DNA of 64,000 bases, taken from the NCBI GenBank assembly GCA_033551855.1, contig JAWSUI010000005.1:60380-124379 (forward strand), written 5' to 3'. The position numbers and the translations under genes were made by a program. Shown one piece after another: positions 1 to 9,246 of the stretch; position 1 is the stretch's first letter; every line of letters begins with the position of its first letter. The notes under the pieces were generated by a model. The model was not told the DNA's origin, did no database searches, and saw only the letters and a list, made by a program, of their open reading frames with translations. This DNA is from Deferrisomatales bacterium. Lineage in GTDB: Bacteria; Desulfobacterota; Deferrisomatia; Deferrisomatales; JACRMM01.

Positions 1-907
1 ATCGGGGGAAGGTGCCCCTCTCCCAGATGAAGAAGAAGACCAGCACGAACACCTTGAGGAGGAACCACACGACCTTCGGGACGAAGGGCACCTCGATGCC
101 GAAGGGCAGGTGCCACCCGCCCAGGAAGAGGCAGGTGATCAGTGCGGCCAGCGAGATCGCGTGGGCATACTCGGCCATGAAGAACATGGCGAACTTCATG
201 CTCGAGTACTCGATGTTGAAGCCGCAGGCGAGCTCGCTCTCGGCTTCCGGCATGTCGAAGGGCGTGCGGTTGATCTCGGCCAGCCCGCAGATCAGGTACA
301 GGACGAAGGGAACCCAGAGGATGGGGTTGAAGATGTTCCACATGTGGCTCTGGCCGTCCACGATCTGCACCAGGGAGAGGCTGCCGCTGACCATGATGAC
401 GCTGATCAGCGTGAATCCCAGGGCGAGCTCGTAACTGACCATCTGGGCCGCCGCCCGCAGGGAGCCCATCAGGCCGTACCGGTTGTTCGAGCCCCACCCC
501 CCCAGGACGACGCCGAACTCGCCGAGGCTCGCCAACCCGAGAATGAAGATCAGCGCCACGTTGATGTCCGCCACCCTCATCGTGATTTCCCGCCCGAAGA
601 GGGTGATCGACTCCCCGAAGGGGATCACCGAGACGATCAGGATGGCCGGGATGATGGAGAGGGCCGGCGCCAGGATGTACGCCACCCGGTCCGCGTTCGC
701 CGGGACGATGTCCTCCTTGAAGAACCCCTTGATGCCGTCGGCGATGGGCTGGAGCAGGCCGAAGGGGCCCACGCGGTTGGGCCCGCGGCGCACCTGGATG
801 CGGCCCAGCACCCGGCGCTCCAGCCAGGTGGTGTAGGCCACCATCAGCATGAGAACGCCGAAGACCACCACCACCTTGATCACGCTCTCGATCAGGAAGG
901 CAACCAT
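1..907 (-). CDS. nuoH: NADH-quinone oxidoreductase subunit H (3' end truncated by window edge)
   Basis: Manual translation from ATG at 907 (RBS GAGGAG): MVAFLIESVIKVVVVFGVLMLMVAYTTWLERRVLGRIQVRRGPNRVGPFGLLQPIADGIK, the ND1/NuoH signature; absent from the ORF track because its stop lies outside the window. Confidence 0.95.
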   Translation of the reverse strand, partial: MVAFLIESVIKVVVVFGVLMLMVAYTTWLERRVLGRIQVRRGPNRVGPFGLLQPIADGIKGFFKEDIVPANADRVAYILAPALSIIPAILIVSVIPFGESITLFGREITMRVADINVALIFILGLASLGEFGVVLGGWGSNNRYGLMGSLRAAAQMVSYELALGFTLISVIMVSGSLSLVQIVDGQSHMWNIFNPILWVPFVLYLICGLAEINRTPFDMPEAESELACGFNIEYSSMKFAMFFMAEYAHAISLAALITCLFLGGWHLPFGIEVPFVPKVVWFLLKVFVLVFFFIWERGTFPR

Positions 908-929
908 GGGCTCCTCGCTTTGCTCGGCC

Positions 930-957
930 GCGACGCGTGACGGGTGACGCGTGACGC
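930..957. repeat. Degenerate heptamer tandem repeat (GTGACGC x4) in the fdh-nuoH gap
   Basis: gcgacgc gtgacgg gtgacgc gtgacgc; a second 7-mer run (ttgaccc ttcactc ttcaacg ttcacac) lies at 1014-1041. Confidence 0.7.
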
Positions 958-1035
958 GCTACCCCCTAGCCGCTGCCCGTCGCGCGTTGCTGTCGGCCGA
1001 CGGCGTTTGGCCGTTGACCCTTCACTCTTCAACGT

Positions 1036-3708
1036 TCACACCTTCTCCACCCGCACCGCGCAGACCTTGTACTCGGGGATCTTGGCCGTGGGGCAGACCA
1101 CCGGGTTGGTCAGCACGTTCACCGGGGACTCGCTGTAGTGGAAGCTCAGGAACACGGTGCCGGGCGCGGTGCGGTCCACCACCTGTACCTTGGTCCGGAT
1201 CTCGCCCCGGCGGGAGGACACCTGGACGGTGTCGCCGGTCCGGAGTCCCAGCTTCTCCGCGTCGGCCGGGTGCACCTCCATGAAGCCCTCGGGAAAGCAG
1301 TCGTTGATGCGCCCGCACCGCCGGGTCATGGTGCCCGAGTGGTAGTGGGCGTGCTCCCGGCCGGTGGTGAGCAGGAGCGGGTACTCGGCGTCCGCCTTCT
1401 CGTCCGCCCCGCGGAACGCGACCGGCGTGAAGAGCCCCTGGCCCCGGGTGAACTTGCCCACGTGGAGGATCGGCGTGCCCGGGTGATCCTTGCTCGGGCA
1501 GGGCCACTGGAGCCCCTCGCGCTCGAGCCGGGCGTAGTCCATGCCGGCGTAGCTGGGCGTCAGGCGGGCGATCTCGTCGAAGACCTCCGAGGGCCCTTCG
1601 TAGCTCATCTTGAGGCCCATGCGGCCGGCCAGGTCCTGAAAGATCTCCCAGTCCGGCCGGGACTCGCCCCGGGGCGCCACGGCCGCCCGCACCCGCTGGA
1701 CTCTGCGCTCGGTGTTGGCGAAGGTGCCGTCCTTCTCGGCGAAGGAGCTGGCCGGGAGCACCACGTGGGCCTTGGCGGCGGTCTCGGTGAGGAAGATGTC
1801 CTGGACCACCAGGAGCTCGAGCTTCTCGAGCGCCTCTCCGACGTGGCTCAAGTCCGGGTCGGTGATCATGGGGTTCTCGCCCATGACGTAGAGGGCCTTG
1901 ACCGTACCGTCCAGCGCGCCGTGGGTGGCCTCGGTCACGGTGAGCCCGGGCTTGCGGGGGACCTTGCGGCCCCAGGCCTCTTCGAACTTGGCCGCGGCCG
2001 CGTCGTCGTCCACCCGCTGGTACCCGGTGAGGACGTTGGGGAGGCCCCCCATGTCGCAGGCGCCCTGCACGTTGTTCTGGCCCCGCAAGGGGTTCAGCCC
2101 CCCGCCCTCCACGCCGACGTTGCCGCACAGCATCGCGAGGTTGGCCAGGGCCTTGACGGCATCGGTGCCCTGGGAGTGCTGGGTGACGCCCATGCAGTAG
2201 AGGATCGATGCCGGCTTCGCGGCGGCGTAGAGGCGCGCGGCCTCCCGGAGGGACTCCGCGGGCACCCCGATGATCAGCTCCACCTTCTCCGGCGTGAAGT
2301 CGGCCAAGGACGCGGCGAGTTCCTCGAAGCCCTCGCACCGCTCGGCCACGTAGGCCGCGTCGTGGAGCCCCTCCGCGAGGATCACGTGCATCATCGCGTT
2401 GAGGACGGGGATGTTGTGGCCGGGTTCGATCTGCAGGAAGACGTTCGCGTAGTCCGTGAGCGGGATCCGGCGGGGATCGACCACGACCAGCTTGGCCCCC
2501 TTCCGGGTGATGGCTCGTTTGAGCACATCGCCGATGATCGGATGGTTCTCGGTGGTGTTGGAGCCGATGACCAGGAACGCCGCGGCCTTCTCGAAGTCGG
2601 CGATGGAGTTGGTCATCGCGCCGGAGCCGAAGCTGGTGGCCAGACCGGCCACGGTGGCGCTGTGTCAGAGTCGTGCGCAGTGATCGACGTTGTTGGTGCC
2701 GATCACCGCGCGGAAGAACTTCTGGAAGAGGTAGTTGTCCTCGTTCGTGCACCGGGCGCTCGCGAACCCTGCGACCGCGTCGGGGCCGCTCTCGTCCTTG
2801 ATCTGCTGGAGCTTCGACGCGACAAAACCGAGGGCCTCGTCCCAGGTGGCCTCCGCGAGCTGGCCGTTCTTCCGCACCAGGGGCACGGTGAGCCGGTCGG
2901 GGTGGTTGACGAACTCCCAGCCGAACCGGCCCTTCACGCACAGGCTCCCCCGGTTCGGGACCGCGTCGAAGTCGGTGGTGGTGACCCGCAGGACCTGGTC
3001 GTTCTTCGCGTTGAGCTCGAGCTGACACCCGACGCCGCAGTACCCGCACGTGGTGCGGACGCGGCTGGCCTGCCAGGTGCGTGCCTTGCGGGGCATCACC
3101 GAGTCGGTCAGCGCCCCCACCGGGCAGACCGAGAGGCACTCGCCGCAGGAGATGCACTCCACCCCCGGCACCGGGCCGATGTAGGAGTGGAACCCGTTGT
3201 CGACGATCTGGATGCACCCGATGCCCTTGATCTCCTTGCAGGCGTGGACGCACCGGGCGCACAGCACGCATCGGTCGGGCCACTGCTGGATGAATGGGGA
3301 GACGTACCGGGGCACGGGGCGCTCGAAGGTCTCGGCCGCAAAGTCCTGCTTCGTGACGCCGAATTCCCAGGTCAGGTCCTGGAGGTCGCACTCGCCCCCC
3401 TTGTCGCAGACCGGGCAGTCCAGGGGGTGGCGCACGAGGAGGAGCTTGAGGACGTCGCGCCGCATCTCCCGGAGCTCCTCCGACTCGGTGCGCACGACGA
3501 GGCCCTCTCCGGCCGGGGTGTCGCAGGCGGTGATGGGCTTCCGATACCCCTCCACCTCCACCACGCACATGCGGCAGGACCCGATGGGGGCGAGCTTCTT
3601 GAGCCAGCACAGGGTCGGGATCCGAATCCCCACCGACTGGGCGGCCTCGAGAATCGTCGTCCCCTTGGGGACGCTCACCGCTTTGCCGTCGATCGTCAGG
3701 CTGATCAT
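1036..3708 (-). CDS. fdhF: Selenocysteine-containing formate dehydrogenase alpha subunit (FdhF/SfrA/NuoG-like, Mo/W-bisPGD); UGA at 2665-2667 recoded
   Basis: ORFs 2665..3744 and 1036..2652 are in the same frame and join as [29 protein letters not shown]. N-terminal [2Fe-2S], HxxxCxxC and 2x[4Fe-4S] motifs, CGYCGVGC...LCVKG, LRGQNNVQG, C-terminal molybdopterin dinucleotide-binding domain (PEYKVCAV). ATG 3708 has RBS GAGGGG. Confidence 0.92.
2636..2652 (-). promoter_or_regulatory. Bacterial SECIS-like hairpin
   Basis: mRNA UGA CAC AGC GCC ACC GUGGCC-GGUCU-GGCCAC: perfect 6-bp stem with GGUCU loop 12 nt after the UGA, same position and loop core as the E. coli fdhF SECIS. Confidence 0.85.
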
Positions 3709-3812
3709 GCAGAACCCCTCGCGGAGATGCAGGCTGTCGGCCATGGACTGTTTGCCCTCAGCCCTTCCCGTGTCACGTATGACCCAACGCTTGGCATACT
3801 CGCTGTGAACTT

Positions 3813-3848
3813 CCTATAGGACCTATAGGTCCCATAGGTCCTATAGGA
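3813..3848. repeat. Four tandem 9-bp units built on the palindrome CCTATAGG
   Basis: cctatagga cctataggt cccataggt cctatagga in the gap between the flavoprotein gene and the FDH gene. Confidence 0.85.
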
Positions 3849-3875
3849 CCCCCAAGGGGAAAGCTCCGTCATCCC

Positions 3876-5834
3876 TCACGCCCCCGTCGCCACTGCCAGC
3901 AGCCGGTAACACCGCAGGCACCGGCTGGCGTCGGCGATGGCCTCCTCGTGGGTGAACCCGATCTCGGCCTCCCGGAAGTCCGTCACCCGCTCCTCGACCG
4001 GCGCGTGGTGGATGTGGGCGGGCTCGGTGGTCGGGGGCACCCCCACGTCTTCCTTGGGGTCGTAGGGCTTGAGCTTCTCCACGTACTGGTTCATGACCCA
4101 CTCCTCCAGGGCCTCGGTGCGCCCCTCCCGGAGGAACCGGTCGATCTGGAAGGCCGCTTCCTTGCCCCCGGCCAGTCCGGCAATCAGGGTGAGGGGGCCG
4201 GAGACGCAGTCGCCGGCGGAAAAGACCCCCACTCCGTTGTGGACCGCGGCGAGTTTGTTGAGCCCCTCGACCTGGATCTGCTTCCACTTGTCCGCCTTCA
4301 CCGGCCCGTCCGCGAACAGGAAGGAGAGGTCGATGGCCTGGCCGATGGCGGGGATGACCGCATCCACCGGGATCACGAGCTCGCTCCCCTTGACCTCTAC
4401 GGGCCGCCGCCGTCCCGAGGCGTCGGGCTCCCCGAGTTCCATCCGGACGAGCTCCACCCCCGTGACCTTCCCCTTCTCGTCCAGCACCAGCCGGGTGGGG
4501 TTGTGCAGCACCAGGAACTCCACGTTCTCGGCCTTGGCGTCGGCGATCTCCACCTTGTCGGCGGGCATCTCCGCCTCGCTGCGCCGGTACACCAGCTTCA
4601 CGTTCTCGTAACCCAGGCGCAGGGCCGTGCGCACGCAGTCGATGGCCACGTTGCCGCCGCCCACCACGGCCACCGTCTTTCCCACGAACACCGGTGTCCC
4701 CAGGGCGACGTCCCGGAGGAAGTCGGCGCCCCGCATGAAGCCTTCCTTCGCTTCCCCCTCGCCGGGCACGCCCATGCCGGTGCCGAGGCGAGCCCCCACC
4801 CCCAGGAACACCGCCCGGTACTCCCCGCCCAGCAGGTCCGCAAAAGGCACGTCCGTGCCCACATCGGTGCCGTAGCGCATCGTCACCCCCATCTCCCCGA
4901 TCAGGTCCGCCTCTCGGCGGAGGATCGCGCGGGGGAGGCGGTAGTCCGGGATGCCCACGGCCGCCATGCCGCCGGGCTCCGGGAGGGCCTCGAACACCGT
5001 GCAGTCGTACCCCATCTGGGCCAGGTAGAAGGCGCAGGAGAGCCCCGCGGGCCCGGCGCCCACCACCGCCACCTTCTCCTTGTCGATGACCGGCTTGGGC
5101 AGCCGGGGGGGCCGCTTGCGCTCCAGCTCGTAATCCGCCACGAAGCGCTTGAGGAACTTGATCTGGACCGGCCCATCCACGTTCTGACGGCGGCAGTTGA
5201 ACTCGCAAGGCCGGACGCAGACCCTCCCCACCGTGCCCGGCAGGCAGTTGTCCTGGCGGATCACGTCCAGACTCTCCAGGAACTTCCCGTTCTTGACGTG
5301 CTCCACGTAGGTGGGGATGTCGAGGTGGGCCGGGCAGGCGCTCTTACACGGCGCCGTCACCTTGAGTCGGTAGGTGCCCCGGGGGATCTCCGACTCCCCC
5401 CCCGCCGCCGCATCGAGCTCGGCGCGGAAGTGGGTGACGAGGTCCAGGAACGCCTTCCCGCAGGACTGCCCCAGATCGCACAGCGCCTGCTCGCGGAGGC
5501 GGCCCGCCAGCCGCGCCACGGTCTCCACGTCGCCGGCCTGCCCCCGGCCCAGGCAGATGCGGTCGAGGCAGTCGTGGATGACCTTGCTCCCCACCCGGCA
5601 GGGGACGCACTGGCCGCAGGAGTTTCTCACCAGCCCCTCGGCGTAGGCCCGGCCCAGATCGACGGGGTTCACCCCGTCGTCCCACAGGGCGATCCCGTCC
5701 CATCCCATGATTCCGAGGACCGGGGTGCCGGAGGACAAGGACTTGGGCAGGGCTACGTCGTCGGGGCCCTGGGCCGTGGCCTGCCGGCTGTCGAGGAGCT
5801 TGCCGCCCCAGCTCGAAAAGATCCGATCGGACAT
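3876..5834 (-). CDS. SfrB/GltD-like FAD- and Fe-S-dependent NAD(P)H oxidoreductase with N-terminal NuoF-type 4Fe-4S motif
   Basis: Start MSDRIFSSWGG (RBS GAGGAG); SCGQCVPC...LC NuoF N3-type motif; PCKSACP...GRVCVRPCEFNCRR; VVGAGPAG (FAD); VVGGGNVAID and YRRS (NADPH-type site); C-terminal RCLRC. Confidence 0.88.
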   Translation of the reverse strand: MSDRIFSSWGGKLLDSRQATAQGPDDVALPKSLSSGTPVLGIMGWDGIALWDDGVNPVDLGRAYAEGLVRNSCGQCVPCRVGSKVIHDCLDRICLGRGQAGDVETVARLAGRLREQALCDLGQSCGKAFLDLVTHFRAELDAAAGGESEIPRGTYRLKVTAPCKSACPAHLDIPTYVEHVKNGKFLESLDVIRQDNCLPGTVGRVCVRPCEFNCRRQNVDGPVQIKFLKRFVADYELERKRPPRLPKPVIDKEKVAVVGAGPAGLSCAFYLAQMGYDCTVFEALPEPGGMAAVGIPDYRLPRAILRREADLIGEMGVTMRYGTDVGTDVPFADLLGGEYRAVFLGVGARLGTGMGVPGEGEAKEGFMRGADFLRDVALGTPVFVGKTVAVVGGGNVAIDCVRTALRLGYENVKLVYRRSEAEMPADKVEIADAKAENVEFLVLHNPTRLVLDEKGKVTGVELVRMELGEPDASGRRRPVEVKGSELVIPVDAVIPAIGQAIDLSFLFADGPVKADKWKQIQVEGLNKLAAVHNGVGVFSAGDCVSGPLTLIAGLAGGKEAAFQIDRFLREGRTEALEEWVMNQYVEKLKPYDPKEDVGVPPTTEPAHIHHAPVEERVTDFREAEIGFTHEEAIADASRCLRCYRLLAVATGA

Positions 5835-5851
5835 GGACGTCTCTCCTCGCT

Positions 5852-7030
5852 TCAGCGGTCGATCTCGCCGAGGACGATGTCGAGGGAACCGATCACCGCG
5901 ACGACGTCCGCGACCATCCGGCCCAGGATCATCGGCTCCAGGGCCTGGAGATTCACGAAGCAGGGAGGCCTGACCCGGAACCGCCAGGGCTTCTCCGTGC
6001 CGTCGGAGACCAGGTAGTAGCCCAGTTCCCCCTTGCTCGCCTCCACGCTCATGTACACGTCCCCGACCGGCGCCTTGTAGCCGTCGCTCATGAGCTTGAA
6101 GTGGCGGATGAGGGCCTCGATGTGCTCGTAGACGTCCTGCTTGGGGGGCGGGGTGAAGCGAGGGTCGTCGAGCATCACCGGACCCTCGGGCATCCGGTCC
6201 AGGGCCTGCTCGGCGATCCGCAGAGATTGGCGCATCTCCACCAGGCGCACCAGATAGCGCTCGTACACGTCGCCCACCGTCCCGGTGGGGATCTCGAAAT
6301 CGTAGGTCTCGTAGTCGCAATAGGGCTGGGCCTTGCGCAGGTCCCACTGGATACCGGCTGCGCGCAGCACGGGGCCGGTCAGGGCGAACTGGACGCATTC
6401 CTCGGCGCTGATGATCCCGATGCCCTCGGTGCGCCCTCTCCAGATCTTGTTCTGGGTCAGGAGGCGCTCGTACTCGTCGATCCGTGAGGGGAACTCCTGG
6501 ATGAAGGCCCGGGCCTTCTCGAAGAACACCGGCGGCACGTCCTCCGGCAAGCCCCCCACCCGGATGTAGCTCGGGGTGAGGCGCGCGCCGTGGACGTCCT
6601 CCAGGAGGTCCATGACCTTCTCGCGGTCCCGGAAGGTGTAGAACAGCACCGTCATGGCACCGATGTCGAGGGCATGGCTGGCCAGCCACAGCAGGTGGCT
6701 GGCGATCCGCTGGAGCTCGCACAGGCAGACCCGAAGGACCGTCGCCCGGGCCGGGATCTGATCCTCGATGCCCAGGAGCTTCTCCACGGCCAGGGTGTAC
6801 CCCAGGTTGTTGAGCAGGGCGCCCACGTAGTCCATCCGGTCCGTGAGCGTCAGGGCCTGGTGGTAGGTCTTGGTTTCCGCCAGCTTCTCGAGTCCGCGGT
6901 GCAGGTGGCCCAGGTGCGGCGTCACCCCCACGACGGTCTCGCCGTCGAGCTCCAGCACGAGCCGGAGCACCCCGTGGGTGGCCGGGTGCTGGGGGCCCAT
7001 ATTGACGACCATGTTCCGGGTCTCGCCCAT
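5852..7030 (-). CDS. nuoD: NADH-quinone oxidoreductase subunit D
   Basis: NMGPQHPATHGVLRL, GHLHRGLEK, DRMDY, C-terminal SLDIVLGEIDR; no NiFe CxxC pairs. Confidence 0.97.
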   Translation of the reverse strand: MGETRNMVVNMGPQHPATHGVLRLVLELDGETVVGVTPHLGHLHRGLEKLAETKTYHQALTLTDRMDYVGALLNNLGYTLAVEKLLGIEDQIPARATVLRVCLCELQRIASHLLWLASHALDIGAMTVLFYTFRDREKVMDLLEDVHGARLTPSYIRVGGLPEDVPPVFFEKARAFIQEFPSRIDEYERLLTQNKIWRGRTEGIGIISAEECVQFALTGPVLRAAGIQWDLRKAQPYCDYETYDFEIPTGTVGDVYERYLVRLVEMRQSLRIAEQALDRMPEGPVMLDDPRFTPPPKQDVYEHIEALIRHFKLMSDGYKAPVGDVYMSVEASKGELGYYLVSDGTEKPWRFRVRPPCFVNLQALEPMILGRMVADVVAVIGSLDIVLGEIDR

Positions 7031-7079
7031 GATGCCCTCCGTCCGGGTGCGCCCTGGCGGGACGCGGCCGGGTCAGCTC

Positions 7080-7559
7080 TCAGCGGTAGTGCACCTTCTG
7101 GGGAATGCCATGGAGCGGAAAATCCTTGCGCAGGGGGTGCCCCACGTACCCGTCCCACAGCAGGATGCGCCGCAGGTCCGAGTGCCCTTCGAACACGATG
7201 CCGAAGAGGTCGTACACCTCGCGCTCCAGCCAGTTGGCAGCCTTCCAGACCCCCTCCACCGTGCGGATCGTCGCATTCTGGGCCACGGCGGCCTTCAGGC
7301 GGAGCCGGCGGTTGTGGGGGAAGGAGTACAGGTTGTAGACGACCTCGAATCGCGGCTCGCCGGGCAGGCGGTCCACCGCGGTGAGGTCGGCGAGCATGTC
7401 GAACCGCAGCGCCTCATGGTCCCGGCAGCAGGCGCACACGTCCACGATGCGCTCCGGGTCCACCGCCACGCTGAGCTGGCCGCGGAAGGCGGTGTCGCCC
7501 AAGATGGCGTCGCCGCAGCTACCTTTCAGGATCTCGACGATCGGGGATTGGTCGCTCAT
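7080..7559 (-). CDS. nuoC: NADH-quinone oxidoreductase subunit C
   Basis: ANWLEREVYDLFGIVFEGHSDLRRILL...GHPLRKDFP. Confidence 0.97.
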   Translation of the reverse strand: MSDQSPIVEILKGSCGDAILGDTAFRGQLSVAVDPERIVDVCACCRDHEALRFDMLADLTAVDRLPGEPRFEVVYNLYSFPHNRRLRLKAAVAQNATIRTVEGVWKAANWLEREVYDLFGIVFEGHSDLRRILLWDGYVGHPLRKDFPLHGIPQKVHYR

Positions 7560-7573
7560 TTCGGCCTCACGCT

Positions 7574-7601
7574 GGTTGCGTGTTGCGTGTTGCGTGTTGG
7601 G
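7574..7601. repeat. Heptamer tandem repeat (TGTTGCG x4) in the nuoB-nuoC gap
   Basis: ggttgcg tgttgcg tgttgcg tgttggg. Confidence 0.8.
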
Positions 7602-7652
7602 CGCCGGAAAAGCTTTCTCCCACGCGCAACGTACCGCCCGCCGCGAGCAGCT

Positions 7653-8153
7653 CTACGCGATCAGCCGCCCCTCGGTGTCCGGACGGTCCGAGAACTTCTC
7701 GCTGCCGATCTTGTCCTGGAGCTTGATGATCGCGGCCAGGAGCTGCTCGGGGCGGGGAGGACAGCCGGGCACGTACACGTCCACCGGCAGGAACTGGTCC
7801 ACGCCCTGGACGGTGTTGTACGTGTTGAAGATGCCGCCGGAGCACGCACACGACCCGTAGGCGATCACCCACTTGGGCTCCGGCATCTGGCGATAGATGC
7901 GCTCCACCATGCCCGCCATCTTCTTGGTCACGGTACCGGCCACGATCATCAGGTCCGACTGCCGGGGAGAGGGGCGGAAGACCTCGGCCCCGAACCGGGC
8001 GATGTCGTAGTTGGAGGCCGACGCCGCCATCATCTCCAGCGCACAGCAGGCCAGGCCGAAGGTCGCGGGCCAGATGGAGTTCTTCCGCGCCCAGCCCACC
8101 ACCTTCTCGAGCCGCGTGACCAGGACGGGGGGCAGCTTGCTCTCTACTCCCAT
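7653..8153 (-). CDS. nuoB: NADH-quinone oxidoreductase subunit B
   Basis: [49 protein letters not shown]; start overlaps the nuoA end. Confidence 0.97.
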   Translation of the reverse strand: MGVESKLPPVLVTRLEKVVGWARKNSIWPATFGLACCALEMMAASASNYDIARFGAEVFRPSPRQSDLMIVAGTVTKKMAGMVERIYRQMPEPKWVIAYGSCACSGGIFNTYNTVQGVDQFLPVDVYVPGCPPRPEQLLAAIIKLQDKIGSEKFSDRPDTEGRLIA

Positions 8154-8500
8154 TGCAGGACTCCTTTCCTCCAGGTGTAGGCGAATCCCACCACGAGGAC
8201 GAAGAGGAAGACCATCATGCCCACGAACGCCTCGGGCCCCAGATGACGGAAGCGGACGGCCCAGGGGTAGAGGAAGGCCACCTCCAGATCGAAGACCAGG
8301 AACTCCATGGCGACGAGGTAGTACTTGATGTCGAAGGCCCGGCGCCCGCCCGGCTCCACGACCATCCCGCACTCGTAGGTGGCGAGCTTGTCGGCGTTGG
8401 GGCGCCGGGGGCCGAGGAAGGTGGAGATCAGAACCACACCCAGGCCGAACGCCGTGGCCAGGAGGAACAGGATGAGGATCGGCACGTAGTTCTGAAGCAT
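8144..8500 (-). CDS. nuoA: NADH-quinone oxidoreductase subunit A
   Basis: [35 protein letters not shown]. Confidence 0.97.
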   Translation of the reverse strand: MLQNYVPILILFLLATAFGLGVVLISTFLGPRRPNADKLATYECGMVVEPGGRRAFDIKYYLVAMEFLVFDLEVAFLYPWAVRFRHLGPEAFVGMMVFLFVLVVGFAYTWRKGVLQWE

Positions 8501-8573
8501 GCGGGCCTCCTCGGACCGGGCTCAGGGAGAGCGAGGCTGTACGCAAGTGAAGATCCGGAACAAACTCGCGCGT

Positions 8574-8603
8574 ATGCTACTTTGCAGCATTTTCACCTGT
8601 CAA
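8574..8603 (-). promoter_or_regulatory. Sigma70-type promoter of the nuo operon with overlapping inverted repeat
   Basis: Minus strand TTGACA-N18-TAGCAT; imperfect palindrome atgctac-ttt-gcagcat (8574-8590) overlaps the -10 box. Confidence 0.6.
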
Positions 8604-8688
8604 GGCGGAAACACCGGCGCTTTTGCGAGAAACGTTCTAAAGTGAAGACGCGCCGCCCCAGGCGCCGGAGGGCCCTCGACAGCCCCCC

Positions 8689-9126
8689 TCACCGCGCCGC
8701 CCGTGGACCCGTTCCATCGTCCGGCCCGTCCCCCAACAGTCTCCGGACGAGCGGCCGGTCGGCCGCGGGCATCGGGCGGGAGAGCAGGCCGGCGGGCTCG
8801 ACCCAGGCCAGCTCCTGCCCCTGGAGCGGCTCCGGGGTGCCCGAGACCAGGGTGCACGCGTAGGCCGTGAGGCGGATCGCCACGTGGGGGTAGACGTGGT
8901 CGACGCTTCCCACCTCGCCCCCCACGGCCACCACGACCCCAAGCTCCTCCCGGAGCTCTCGGGCAACCGCCTCCCGGGAGGATTCCCCCGCCTCCACCTT
9001 TCCCCCGGGGAGTTCCCACAGCCCTCCGTGGGGCCCGCCGGGCGGCCGCCGGGCCAGCAGCACCCTTCCCCGGCCGTCGCGAAGCACCGCAGCGACCACG
9101 GGGAGGAACACGGGTCCTTCTTCCAT
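8689..9126 (-). CDS. NUDIX hydrolase, MutT/NudG-like (d)NTP pyrophosphohydrolase
   Basis: WELPGGKVEAGESSREAVARELREELG Nudix box. Confidence 0.9.
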   Translation of the reverse strand: MEEGPVFLPVVAAVLRDGRGRVLLARRPPGGPHGGLWELPGGKVEAGESSREAVARELREELGVVVAVGGEVGSVDHVYPHVAIRLTAYACTLVSGTPEPLQGQELAWVEPAGLLSRPMPAADRPLVRRLLGDGPDDGTGPRAAR

Positions 9127-9246
9127 GTCGGACGGGCCTTCGCCTCGACCGTGCCCTGCTCGAACCGGTCTCGGTATCGGTATCGCAGTCGGCGTCGATC
9201 CCGATCCGGGTCCAGATTTCGATGGGCGGTGAGGCGCGGCGGGCCC

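Noticed and set aside
2665..2667. FDH gene as a pseudogene or two separate genes
   Set aside because: The stop is UGA at the metal-ligand position, in frame, and followed by a SECIS-like hairpin.
1036..7030. Formate hydrogenlyase / group 4 hydrogenase interpretation of the FDH plus Nuo-like cluster
   Set aside because: The large subunit has DRMDY and SLDIVLGEIDR and lacks both NiFe-binding CxxC motifs, so it is NuoD.
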